Virus record (IMG/VR): IMGVR_UViG_2695421015_000002
Direction: 5' to 3' (one strand)
DNA from: a virus
Lineage: Duplodnaviria > Caudoviricetes
Length of the DNA stretch: 64,000 nucleotides
In this document: positions 19,317-28,307 of the stretch, piece by piece
Position numbering within the stretch: position 1 is the first letter of the stretch
Layout of the letters: the number at the start of each line of letters is the position of its first letter
Translations under genes and position numbers: made by a program
Notes under the pieces: model-generated
What the model was told of the DNA's origin: nothing
Seen by the model: only the letters and a program-made list of their open reading frames with translations
Database searches by the model: none

Positions 19317-19499
19317 ATGCGAGCCTACCCGTTTTTTGCGGTGCTGTACTTCGGCGCCGTGCTCACCGCGCTTGCCGCGTGGGTCACCCACGTCGTCGTC
19401 TGCATCAAGTCGGCCTCCTACCTGTTCCTGATCGCCGGAGCGATCCTGCCGCCGGTCGGCGTGATCCACGGATGGGGCGTGTGGCTGGGGGGCTGGTGA
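19317..19499 (+). CDS. Small 2-TM phage protein
   Basis: Hydrophobic 60 aa, AWVTHV...PVGVIHG. Confidence 0.7.
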   Translation: MRAYPFFAVLYFGAVLTALAAWVTHVVVCIKSASYLFLIAGAILPPVGVIHGWGVWLGGW

Positions 19500-19648
19500 T
19501 GAGCATCGTCTCTGCAATCATCATCGCCGCGGCGCTCTATTTCGGCCTGTCTGCGATCGGAGAGGCTATCGACAACGTGGCGGTCGGCATCGAGCAGTTC
19601 GGCATCTATCTCGCCTCCATCCTCTCAGAGGAAGAGGAGGTGGAGTGA
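19499..19648 (+). CDS. Small membrane hypothetical protein
   Basis: TGATG coupling with the upstream gene. Confidence 0.55.
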   Translation: MSIVSAIIIAAALYFGLSAIGEAIDNVAVGIEQFGIYLASILSEEEEVE

Positions 19649-19784
19649 TGCCGTTCCCGTTCTCAATCTTCCTGTTCAGCTACGTGATCTGGCAGGCGTC
19701 GATCGAGCAGGCCTTCGCTCTCACCCCAACCTCCATCTCTGCGCCCTGACATCTGTCGTCGGCCGGCGCTGACCAGAGTCAGTC

Positions 19785-20144
19785 ATGAATAAAAGCCGCA
19801 GGAAGTTGCCTGATCGCACCCTGCTGCCAAGCACCATCAAGATCGGCGTCTTCGAATACCAACTCCAACACTGGGATCCCGAAGAGGCCGACGAGAAGGA
19901 ATGTCTCGGCCTGTGCGACCGCTTCAACTTCATCATCTACGTCCGCACCGATCTTCCGGACTCGGCATTCGCTGAAACGCTTGAGCACGAGATCAACCAT
20001 GCCTGCTGGCATGCCGCAGCGCTGAAGAGCAGGGCGGCTGAAGAGACGGTCGTGAACCGGTTGACGCCGGTCCTGATCATGGCTCGCCGCGACAATCGGG
20101 AAATCTATTCCTGGATCGACCGGGCCATCGCACAAAAGGAATGA
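19785..20144 (+). CDS. HExxH zincin-like phage protein
   Basis: ETLEHEINHA motif preceded by LGLCD...IYV. Confidence 0.7.
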   Translation: MNKSRRKLPDRTLLPSTIKIGVFEYQLQHWDPEEADEKECLGLCDRFNFIIYVRTDLPDSAFAETLEHEINHACWHAAALKSRAAEETVVNRLTPVLIMARRDNREIYSWIDRAIAQKE

Positions 20145-20410
20145 CCATGCTCAACGCGATGGTCGCTTCCACCAGGAAGCACGCCGAGGTGATGATCGCC
20201 TGGCTGAAACTAAACCCCAAAGAGTGGGAGCCGATCGCCTACGGGGATCCCGTAGCCAAGCTCTACTCCAACGCAAAACTGATCCGCCCGTGTATCGGTG
20301 TCGAACAGGAGCATGTCGACTGGGTGCTTGAAAAGCTCGTTCCCAATCTCTGCCTTGCTGTGTCGACGGTGCCGGCGCACTGGATGATCCCACAGAGAAT
20401 GGTTTCCTGA
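20141..20410 (+). CDS. Phage hypothetical protein
   Basis: ATGA overlap; AAGGA SD. Confidence 0.65.
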   Translation: MTMLNAMVASTRKHAEVMIAWLKLNPKEWEPIAYGDPVAKLYSNAKLIRPCIGVEQEHVDWVLEKLVPNLCLAVSTVPAHWMIPQRMVS

Positions 20411-20613
20411 TGAAGAATGTCCAGCCGACCAACAAGACGGTCAACAAGTCCTACAACCGGCCCTCCATGCGCCCGGCGCCATCCGTGACGCCCAAGCAGC
20501 ACCAGCGCGACTGGAGCGATGGCGGGCACGTATCCTACGTCACCCGGGTCGACGAAGTCCTCCTGGAAGACAAGCACAGGAATCAGCGCCGGGCGAAAGC
20601 GGCCGGCCAATAA
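20410..20613 (+). CDS. Phage hypothetical protein
   Basis: TGATG coupling. Confidence 0.55.
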   Translation: MKNVQPTNKTVNKSYNRPSMRPAPSVTPKQHQRDWSDGGHVSYVTRVDEVLLEDKHRNQRRAKAAGQ

Positions 20614-20799
20614 CACTCATCCCCGGAGCTGAGTAACAGGGAGCGGCGGCGCAGTGATGCGATTTTCGCCGACCGACTGACGAGCCCGGCATGTGCGGGG
20701 GTTTCCCCTCCTTTACCCCGCACGCCCGAGAACAAATCAGATGGCGCCCACCTTCTGCAAAACCTCGGGCTTTCAACACGCCAACCAGAGAAGAACCAA

Positions 20800-21063
20800 A
20801 TGAAACGTCTCGCTGAACTCCGTCAGCGGGCGCGATTTCGGTGGCATGCGTTCATCGCCGCTCTCTCCATCTCGATGCCGGTGCTGCTCACCCAGCTCCA
20901 GGTCGTCGACCTGAAGCCGATCATCCAGCGATTCGGCATCAGCCAGGAGGTCGCAGCGATCATCGTCGCGCTGATCCCGTTCTACATCGCGCTGCTGAAG
21001 CCCATGGTCCACTTCGAGGACCAAAACGACTGTAAGGAACAGACCTCTAGTGGACAGCCTTAA
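20800..21063 (+). CDS. Small 2-TM protein (holin-like candidate)
   Basis: Basic N-terminus and two hydrophobic helices. Confidence 0.55.
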   Translation: MKRLAELRQRARFRWHAFIAALSISMPVLLTQLQVVDLKPIIQRFGISQEVAAIIVALIPFYIALLKPMVHFEDQNDCKEQTSSGQP

Positions 21064-22090
21064 TGCTACCGCGCTGGCCAACGGAATGATGTTTGGCGCT
21101 GCGGCGGCAACGCAGGTCCTCACCGACCCTCAATACGCAGCTCTCTATCAGCAACACTGCGGCATCATTACCACCGACATCGCGCTCAAGTGGAGCACGG
21201 TGCGTCCGACCGCCGACTTCGTCCCGAACTGGGGGCCGGCTGATCAGCTGATCGCGTGGGCTGAGACCAACGGCATCATGGTCAAGGGCCATAACCTGGC
21301 CTGGAACGAGTACAATCCGGCCTGGCTATGGTCGTCGAACAGCACAGGCCCCGATTACGGCGTCTTGAATGTCGCAGTCCAGGACGCTCAGCGCTACTTC
21401 GATCAGCACGTCACCGAAACGGTCGGTCGATATGCCGGACGAATCCCCGTTTGGGACGTCGTCAATGAACCGATTGAGCCGGCTCACGGACGCGCCGACC
21501 TTATGCGTTCCAAGACGTGGATGAAGGTCTTTGGACCCGACTACGTCGAACGTGCATTCCGTCGAGCGCACGCTGCTGACAGCGATGCCAAGCTGTTCAT
21601 GAATGAACAGGTACTTGATCGTATGGGTTGCGAGAAGAACCGGATCGCGTTCCTCGCCCTGGTCGATCGTCTGCTCGGTCGAGGCGTCCCCATCCACGGT
21701 ATTGGCTTCGAAAGCCACCTCACGCTCTGGGCCGGTGTCACCCACGAAGGTGTCATGTGGCTCCTCGAAGAGTTGCGGAAGCGTGGCCTCGAAGTCCATA
21801 TCTCCGAACTCGATATCGCCCCGCTTGGGGGCAGCAACACGGCATTACCAGTCGCCACGACAGACACTACGCTGATCGATACTCGTGTCGCCGAAACAAC
21901 CCGCTCCTACCTCAAAGACGTTCTGTCGTTCCCTAACGTCAAAGCCGTCATTACCTGGGAACTCGCGGACAAATACTCCTGGCTCATCGCACAAGGTCAG
22001 AAGCGGCCCTTGCCCTTCGACGACAACTACCAGCCGAAGTCGATGGCCGCTGAGATCGAGCGGGCTTTCCAGAACCGGAGAGCCGGTTAA
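21050..22090 (+). CDS. Glycoside hydrolase family 10 (endo-1,4-beta-xylanase-like)
   Basis: KGHNLAW, WDVVNEP (acid/base Glu), HGIGFESH, ISELDI (nucleophile Glu), W...DKYSW and PLPFD...PK. Confidence 0.93.
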   Translation: MDSLNATALANGMMFGAAAATQVLTDPQYAALYQQHCGIITTDIALKWSTVRPTADFVPNWGPADQLIAWAETNGIMVKGHNLAWNEYNPAWLWSSNSTGPDYGVLNVAVQDAQRYFDQHVTETVGRYAGRIPVWDVVNEPIEPAHGRADLMRSKTWMKVFGPDYVERAFRRAHAADSDAKLFMNEQVLDRMGCEKNRIAFLALVDRLLGRGVPIHGIGFESHLTLWAGVTHEGVMWLLEELRKRGLEVHISELDIAPLGGSNTALPVATTDTTLIDTRVAETTRSYLKDVLSFPNVKAVITWELADKYSWLIAQGQKRPLPFDDNYQPKSMAAEIERAFQNRRAG

Positions 22091-22244
22091 TTCGTCGGTG
22101 CCAGCCGATCGTCACCTGAAGACATAGGGGTGGCTGGTTAAATGGGGCCATGCGCCAAGCCGAGCGCTCACGGACTGTGAGCACAGCCCGTCACCGATCT
22201 GCGTGACGGGCACCAATTCAACAAACAACAACAGGAAAAACCCA

Positions 22245-22535
22245 ATGGCTCTCGCCACTCCCGCCGGAACCCCGATCCCTCTCGCCGCGATGGACACCGA
22301 TCGTCCAGGCTCGCCGGCTGCTATCGAGGATCTCGCCATGGGCGGAAATCAGAACCCCGCAGCGTCTACGAACGGTGTTCCTCTCCCGATCTCCGATCGC
22401 GGAACGGCTGACAGCGTGAACCCCGGTGCTTATGCAGCGGCCCGCGCTCGCCGTGGAATGCATTCGGTCGGTGCGCCGGCTGCTGGCCCTCGCGGCGGCA
22501 AGCTGGACACGGTCGGTCCGATCTCATCCAAGTAA
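22245..22535 (+). CDS. Low-complexity hypothetical protein
   Basis: AGGA SD; 96 aa. Confidence 0.6.
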   Translation: MALATPAGTPIPLAAMDTDRPGSPAAIEDLAMGGNQNPAASTNGVPLPISDRGTADSVNPGAYAAARARRGMHSVGAPAAGPRGGKLDTVGPISSK

Positions 22536-22551
22536 CCCGAGGCCCCAAATC

Positions 22552-22626
22552 GCCAGGGTAGCTCAATGGTAGAGCAGCGGAATCATAAATCGCAGGTCGT
22601 TGGTTCAACTCCTCCCCCTGGCACCA
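22552..22626 (+). tRNA. tRNA-Met(CAT)-like, with stem mismatches
   Basis: GCCAGGG/CCCTGGC acceptor, TAGCTCAATGGTAGAGC D-arm, CAT anticodon, GGTTCAACTCC T-loop, encoded ACCA. Confidence 0.85.
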
Positions 22627-22721
22627 CCAAAGCCGAAAGGCGCACGCAAACCCCCACAAGGCGTCCCGACGACTGGTCACTCCGTCGCGTGAAGAAATCG
22701 GGCTGGGGAACAAATTCATGC

Positions 22722-22795
22722 ATCGGAGTCCTCCGGCGTAGGCGCCCGGTCTCCAAAACTGTGGTGCGAGGTTTCGAGTACCTCCTCCGGTGCCA
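22722..22795 (+). tRNA. tRNA-Trp(CCA)-like, non-canonical
   Basis: ATCGGAG/CTCCGGT acceptor + GCCA; CCGGT-CTCCAAA-ACTGT anticodon arm; GAGGT-TTCGAGT-ACCTC T-arm; irregular D-arm. Confidence 0.75.
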
Positions 22796-22810
22796 ACAGA
22801 AAGTCCCGTC

Positions 22811-23224
22811 ATGCTCTTCAGTCTACTTTCGCTCATCCCGGGCCTGGCATCGGGATTTCTGAGCTGGCTCAACACCAAGACCAACGCCGACCTTGAGAAG
22901 TTCAAGGCGCAGGTCGGTGCCGACACCTCGATCAACCTGGCCGACCTTCAGGCCAAGGTCGAGGTCGCCAAGCTCGTCGCCGCCAACCGCAACGCTGACC
23001 GCGACCACTGGTTCACTGCCTGGATGGTGCCCGTAGCCTTCGCCGTCTTCCTGTCCCACGCAGCCGCTGTCGTCTTCGACTCGATGCCGCTGTTCGGACA
23101 CGCGATCGGCAGCTGGGGCGTTGCTGCGCTGCCGGGCATGTACGCCAACATGCAGAACAACATCATCCTGACCGTCTGCGGCGTCTGCGGCGTGTCGGTA
23201 ATCGGGAAAATCTTCTCGAAATGA
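22811..23224 (+). CDS. Membrane protein, 3TM holin-like candidate
   Basis: N-terminal hydrophobic helix, coiled segment, two C-terminal TMs. Confidence 0.6.
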   Translation: MLFSLLSLIPGLASGFLSWLNTKTNADLEKFKAQVGADTSINLADLQAKVEVAKLVAANRNADRDHWFTAWMVPVAFAVFLSHAAAVVFDSMPLFGHAIGSWGVAALPGMYANMQNNIILTVCGVCGVSVIGKIFSK

Positions 23225-23556
23225 AAACCATCACCGACAGCACACCTGTCTCTGAGATCATGCAGGCATCACGTCCAATCGTGGTGAAGTTCGAGGCCAA
23301 GTGGTGCGCGCCATGCAAGGCGATGACGCCGCTGCTCCTCGACATCGAGCAGCAGCTCGGCGACAAGGTCGGATTCTATTCGGCCAACGTCGACCACTGC
23401 ATGCTGATCGCCCAGCGCTACAAGGTTAATCAGATCCCGGCCCTGTTGGTGATCGACAAAGGCGCTGTGACCGCGATGCGGACCGGCGCCGCGTCCAAGG
23501 CCGAGTTACTGCAATGGATCAAACAGGCGATCCCCGAGTTTGGGGATCAGGCGTAA
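23221..23556 (+). CDS. Thioredoxin
   Basis: F.A.WCAPCK active site and cis-Pro IPAL. Confidence 0.93.
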   Translation: MKTITDSTPVSEIMQASRPIVVKFEAKWCAPCKAMTPLLLDIEQQLGDKVGFYSANVDHCMLIAQRYKVNQIPALLVIDKGAVTAMRTGAASKAELLQWIKQAIPEFGDQA

Positions 23557-23774
23557 TCGGGTTCACGGTCGACTTCGACACGATGAACATCATCTACGAG
23601 GGCGGTTTCCACGCACCGATCGTCGAAATGTACGATCGCTTCGAAATGGAAACCGACGACCCGAATGAAGCCGAGATGCTGCTCGTCGCTTTCCCGCCGG
23701 ACGGATTGATAGCGTGCATCCTGGTCGAGAATCTCTACGACCGGGCAGTCTCAATCCCCGAACACCCACATTAG
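23514..23774 (+). CDS. Acidic hypothetical protein (start uncertain)
   Basis: Fills the gap in the operon. Confidence 0.5.
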   Translation: MDQTGDPRVWGSGVIGFTVDFDTMNIIYEGGFHAPIVEMYDRFEMETDDPNEAEMLLVAFPPDGLIACILVENLYDRAVSIPEHPH

Positions 23775-23808
23775 CCCTCAAGGGCTCAGTCCCAAAAAGA
23801 AGAAGAAC

Positions 23809-24354
23809 ATGACTGATCTCCCGAAACGTCGCCGCGGGCGGCCGACGAAGGAGGAGGCTGCCGCACGCGAGGCCGCAGCCAAAGCCGTCGCCGAGAAGGA
23901 AGCAGAGGAGGGGGCGTTCCTCGACGAACTTCTTTCCCGCCCCATTGGGCTTCGCAGGACGAAACTCCAACCTGATGAGGATACGCTTCGTGCTCTGGCT
24001 GAAATCGCACGTCTTTTCGGCACACAAGAAGAGGCAGCCGCAATCCTCGGCGTAAGCCCTCGAACCATCTCCAACTTCTTCAACGACTATCCCGAGACCC
24101 GAGAGGTCTGGGAAGACGGTTTGATGCACGCGAAGGTCTCCCTTCGCCGCAAGCAGTTGGCGCTGGCCGACAAGAACGCGCCCGCCGCGATCTTCCTCGG
24201 AAAGAACTACCTCGCCCAGAAGGACGAGAACCACACCAACCTCAATGTCCGCAAGGAAGCGACGGAGATGTCCGAAGCCGAGCTGCTTGAACTCGCCAGC
24301 CGAGCCAAGAAGCCAGCCAAGCAGGACGATGAGAAGAAACAAAGCGTCCACTGA
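23809..24354 (+). CDS. Terminase small subunit-like DNA-binding protein
   Basis: N-terminal RRRGRP, HTH (TQEEAAAILGVSPRTI), SLRRKQ...AAIFLGKNYLAQKD motif. Confidence 0.7.
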   Translation: MTDLPKRRRGRPTKEEAAAREAAAKAVAEKEAEEGAFLDELLSRPIGLRRTKLQPDEDTLRALAEIARLFGTQEEAAAILGVSPRTISNFFNDYPETREVWEDGLMHAKVSLRRKQLALADKNAPAAIFLGKNYLAQKDENHTNLNVRKEATEMSEAELLELASRAKKPAKQDDEKKQSVH

Positions 24355-24356
24355 CC

Positions 24357-25346
24357 ATGTACCACCGACGTCCATCACACGTGTCGGCGGATGGACGTCG
24401 ACAACGCCGCGAACTCCTGGAGCGACGTCAGAGACCGGCTGACGACAGTTTCTCCCCGAGCATCGCGACGCCACCGGAAGAAGAGCCGGCTGATTTTCCC
24501 GAGCGGGAAGATCTGGCCGAAAAGGTCGAGCCATCGGTACCCGATTTACCGATCGGAAAACCTGTGCCCGCCGAGCCGGCGCTTCCTCCACCAAAGCCCA
24601 CGAAAGACGACCCGCGACCACCGAGTCTGGTCGCACCAAAGGAGATGACTATGCCATTTGTTCCCAATCAACCGACCGTCGTGATCGTCGGTGCCGACAA
24701 GGGCGGCGTCGGCAAGACCACGCTGTCTCGAGTTATCCTCGACTACTTCGCCGCGCAGGGCATGACCACCCGCGCGTTCGACACCGAAAGCCCGAAGGGC
24801 GACCTGATCCGCTTCTTCCCATCGATCACCGAGGTCGTGAACCTTCGTGACTCGGACGACCAGGTGAAGGTGTTCGACTCCATCAGCAACGCCTCGATCA
24901 CCCTGATCGACATCCGCGCCGGTCTTCTGACCGAGACGCTGAACCTGCTGAGCGAGATCGGCTTCCTCGACATGGTCAAGGAAGGCAAGGTCAACACCGC
25001 GGTCATGCACGTGATCGGCTCGACGCTGGCCTCGTTCGGCGAGATCGAGCAGACCTCGCAGATCCTGACCGGCGCGAAGCACTGCATCGTGCTCAACCGC
25101 AACAACTCGGCCGAGTTCTTCAAGGGCATCGACGATGTTGCCCGCCAGGCGCTCAGCCTCGGCACCTCTGTGATCGATGTTCCGATGCTCGATCCGCGTG
25201 CCATGGAGCACGTCGATTCGGCTTCCGTGCCGTTCGGCGATTTCGAGAAGGATCCCAAGTACTCCTTCGTGATGCGCGGCAAGGTCCGGCACTGGGAGAA
25301 GCAGGTCTTCACCCAGCTCGACGCGGCCCAGTTCAACATCCACTAA
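24357..25346 (+). CDS. ParA/MinD-like P-loop ATPase (alternative start 24645)
   Basis: Deviant Walker A GADKGGVGKT, FDTE, LIDIRAG; Pro-rich N-terminal extension. Confidence 0.85.
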   Translation: MYHRRPSHVSADGRRQRRELLERRQRPADDSFSPSIATPPEEEPADFPEREDLAEKVEPSVPDLPIGKPVPAEPALPPPKPTKDDPRPPSLVAPKEMTMPFVPNQPTVVIVGADKGGVGKTTLSRVILDYFAAQGMTTRAFDTESPKGDLIRFFPSITEVVNLRDSDDQVKVFDSISNASITLIDIRAGLLTETLNLLSEIGFLDMVKEGKVNTAVMHVIGSTLASFGEIEQTSQILTGAKHCIVLNRNNSAEFFKGIDDVARQALSLGTSVIDVPMLDPRAMEHVDSASVPFGDFEKDPKYSFVMRGKVRHWEKQVFTQLDAAQFNIH

Positions 25347-25367
25347 CCAAACAACCGAGGTGCTGCA

Positions 25368-25961
25368 GTGTCTTTTGCAGATGAGTTCAACGTTCGGCAG
25401 ATGCTGCAGCAGCTCTTCGAATCCCACCAGCGTCACAGCCTGATGGGACATGATCGCCTGACGGCGATCGAAAACCACCTCAACCAACTGAAGGAACTAT
25501 TCATGGCTCTCACCCCCGAAGTCCAGGCTCTTGTCGACCAGGACGCACTGCTCAAGTCGTCCGTGGATTCGATGAAGGCGAAGCTGGACCAGGTGTCGGC
25601 CCAGGTCTCCGATCTGCAGGCGAAGCTGGACGCTGCTCCGGCCGCCGGTATCTCGGCTGAAGACCTGGCCGCCATCAAGTCGGTTACCTCCGACATCTCC
25701 GCGACTGTCGCGGAAGCACAGGCTGCGGTTGCCCCGCCCGCCGCGCCGGCTCCTGCTGCCCCGGTTGCCGATGCTCCGGCTCCGGCTGCCGATGCTCCGG
25801 TTGCTGACGCCCCGGCGCCCGCCGCCGATGCGCCTGCTGCCGACGCGCCTGCTGCCGACGCTCCGGCTCCGGCCGCGGATGCTCCCGCTGCCCCGGCTGC
25901 GGATGCGCCCGCTGCTGACGCTCCGGCTGCTCCGGCCGCCGACGCGCCCGCCGCGCAGTAA
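25368..25961 (+). CDS. Coiled-coil protein with Ala/Asp/Pro repeat tail (alternative start 25503)
   Basis: Heptad-like region followed by (AADAP)n repeats. Confidence 0.75.
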   Translation: MSFADEFNVRQMLQQLFESHQRHSLMGHDRLTAIENHLNQLKELFMALTPEVQALVDQDALLKSSVDSMKAKLDQVSAQVSDLQAKLDAAPAAGISAEDLAAIKSVTSDISATVAEAQAAVAPPAAPAPAAPVADAPAPAADAPVADAPAPAADAPAADAPAADAPAPAADAPAAPAADAPAADAPAAPAADAPAAQ

Positions 25962-25973
25962 GCGATGCTTACG

Positions 25974-26002
25974 GACCCCCATCAAAAGGTGGGGGTCTTT
26001 TT
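25974..26002 (+). terminator. Rho-independent terminator
   Basis: GACCCCCATC-AAAA-GGTGGGGGTC followed by TTTTT. Confidence 0.85.
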
Positions 26003-26057
26003 CTTCGTTTGAGGCCCATCCCTCCCAACAAAAACAAAGAACAGGAACAAGGCCAAA

Positions 26058-27806
26058 ATGGCTGTCATCAAATACCGGAAGGGTCAGTGGTCGATCATTG
26101 GCAAGTCCAAGTATATCCCGCTCGGCCCCGGCGGCCCTGGTCTCTCGGCTGCCACCGCATCCGTTGACGGCAAGACCTATACCGGCGCAGGCGTGAAGCC
26201 TCTGTCGACCGTCACCGTCTACGTTGGTGGCGTGCAGGCCGGCACCGCGGTCGCCGACGCCAATGGCGACTGGAGCTACACCTTCGCCAACGCACCTGCT
26301 AAGAACAGCGTGATCGGATGGGATGGCATCATCTCGGCGCCGACCACCATCGCGCCGACTCCGCATCCGACGCTGGGCGGCCTTAACCTTTCCGGTGCGA
26401 CCTTCACGCAAGGCGCAGCCGCCGGCACCGTGATCGGCACTTTCGCTGGCAAGACCGCAGGATCCACGCTTTCAATCTCTCCGAACGATGGCACGGTTGC
26501 CATCAGCGGTGACCAGACCAAGCTCGTCGTCGGCGCCACCGCCTCGACGCCCGGCACGCGCTCCTACACCGTCACCGAGACGGACGCCGATGCCACCAAT
26601 GGTCCTAAGACCACCACGTTTGCGATCACCTGCAACATCGCTCTGCTCAACCTGAATACCCGCTTCGTCGCGGAAGGCGACAGCATCACCGCTGGCTCGA
26701 ACGGTCCGAGCTGGCTCTGGGCCTTCGACGCTGCATCCGCCGGCCGGTTCTTCATGCCGCAGGGCTACAACCAGGCGACTGGCGGCCAGACGGCTGCCCA
26801 GATGGCCACCCAGGTGGCGCAGATCACCGCGCTCAGCCCGAAAGTGGTCTCGCTGCTCGCCGGCACCAACGACCTCGGCGGAACGAGCGACACGCCTGCC
26901 ACGATCTACGGCAATCTGAAGACCTGCTGGAAGGCCTACATCGACGGCGGCGCGCAGCACGTCATCATCGCGACGGTTATGCCGCGCAACGATAGCGTCT
27001 GGACGGCGCTGACTGCCGCCCGTCAGACTGATCGCGTCACATTGAACAACCTGATCAGCGGATATGCCACCGATCCGGATCTTGCCAACTACAAGGACAA
27101 GCTCCACCTCGTGAACCTTGAGAGCTACAACCCGGCGACGGACTCGATCGAAGGTCTGCATCCTCAGTGGCTCGGCGCTATCAAGGTCGGCAAGCTCTTC
27201 GCGGCGGTCGCCAACTCGCTGATCGACCAGACGCACACGCTGAACGGCGATCTTTATCTCGATGCAACGAATGTTCTGTCGTCGAAGAACCCGGCTCTGA
27301 CCGGCACCACGGGGACCATGAGCGGCACGGCGCAACCGACAGGCGCAGTCGCTACCGGCTGGAGCGTATCGGAAAACGGCGGCATGACCGTCGTCTGTTC
27401 GAAGTCGACACTCAACGGCGCAGAAGCTCAGCGTATCGTGGTTTCCGGCACCAACTCGACGGTCCAGCGGCTGGTAAACTTCAGCGCTGCGGTCAACGTC
27501 ACCGGCAACATCGGAGACAGCTTCGAGGCCTGCATCGACTTCAGCCTGGCTGCTGGACACCAGAAGATCAGGGATATCGTCATCAACCACGCAACTGCTT
27601 CCACGCCGAACAGCGGAAACCAGTCGTTCAACTTCGACGGAGCGGGTGCGATATCTGGCACGCTGCGATCCGCCGTGACGGCTCCGCTCTCCGCGGCCAT
27701 CACCACCATCACCCTGCAGGCGCTACTGAACTTCGATGTCGGGACAGTCGGTGCAGACATCACCTGGGGCAAGCCGTACCTGCGGAAAGTGCCGGCCACC
27801 ATCTAA
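26058..27806 (+). CDS. Ig-like domain + SGNH/GDSL hydrolase protein, probably virion-associated
   Basis: A.ANGDWSYT Ig-like motif; EGDSIT, GGQT, AGTND and EGLHP SGNH blocks; Thr/Gly/Ala-rich beta C-terminus. Confidence 0.85.
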   Translation: MAVIKYRKGQWSIIGKSKYIPLGPGGPGLSAATASVDGKTYTGAGVKPLSTVTVYVGGVQAGTAVADANGDWSYTFANAPAKNSVIGWDGIISAPTTIAPTPHPTLGGLNLSGATFTQGAAAGTVIGTFAGKTAGSTLSISPNDGTVAISGDQTKLVVGATASTPGTRSYTVTETDADATNGPKTTTFAITCNIALLNLNTRFVAEGDSITAGSNGPSWLWAFDAASAGRFFMPQGYNQATGGQTAAQMATQVAQITALSPKVVSLLAGTNDLGGTSDTPATIYGNLKTCWKAYIDGGAQHVIIATVMPRNDSVWTALTAARQTDRVTLNNLISGYATDPDLANYKDKLHLVNLESYNPATDSIEGLHPQWLGAIKVGKLFAAVANSLIDQTHTLNGDLYLDATNVLSSKNPALTGTTGTMSGTAQPTGAVATGWSVSENGGMTVVCSKSTLNGAEAQRIVVSGTNSTVQRLVNFSAAVNVTGNIGDSFEACIDFSLAAGHQKIRDIVINHATASTPNSGNQSFNFDGAGAISGTLRSAVTAPLSAAITTITLQALLNFDVGTVGADITWGKPYLRKVPATI

Positions 27807-28070
27807 GGGCTGTTCGCAGTCCGTTCGATTTCGGAAAGAAGTTGCCCGTTTTTGGAAAGTTCTTTCCGGACACGGGACGTTCCGAGAACCAAACAAGTCT
27901 CCCATCGGGATCGCGAAAGCGACCGCAATATAGAGCCCTGAGCACAGGGCGATCCGCTTGGCCAGCGGGCGTGGAGACTTCCTTTTTTTTCACTCTGACC
28001 GAGTTGCCGCTTCGGGGGCATTAGCCGCGAGGCCTCGGTCGGAGTCTAAACCCTGTGAAGAAAGCAAGAA

Positions 28071-28292
28071 ATGTCGAGCATCAGCATTGTCCACCAAAAG
28101 CTGGACATTGAAGACGTGCGCCTCATCAACGTGTCGGACATCGTCCAGGACACGGACGGCGAATGGATCCGCATCGTCAAGTTCTATGGCGATCCCGTCG
28201 TTAACGGCGCTCCAACCGCCTTCGCCGAGATCGCCTGTCGATCGGCGAACAAGGACGACCTGACCATCCAGGCTCCTGGCTTCAAGTACTAA
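28071..28292 (+). CDS. Phage hypothetical protein
   Basis: 73-aa ORF just before terL. Confidence 0.7.
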   Translation: MSSISIVHQKLDIEDVRLINVSDIVQDTDGEWIRIVKFYGDPVVNGAPTAFAEIACRSANKDDLTIQAPGFKY

Positions 28293-28307
28293 TCACAAGG
28301 ATCAGCT

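Noticed and set aside
20670-20775. Hammerhead ribozyme (CTGACGAG core)
   Set aside because: No matching CGAAA strand closing stem II.
22627-22712. c-di-GMP-I riboswitch (GAAA hairpin then ACGCAAA)
   Set aside because: The rest of the consensus is missing, and it precedes a tRNA rather than a CDS.
22552-22795. tRNA as prophage attachment site
   Set aside because: It is embedded among phage genes, with no duplicated 3' end or integrase seen.
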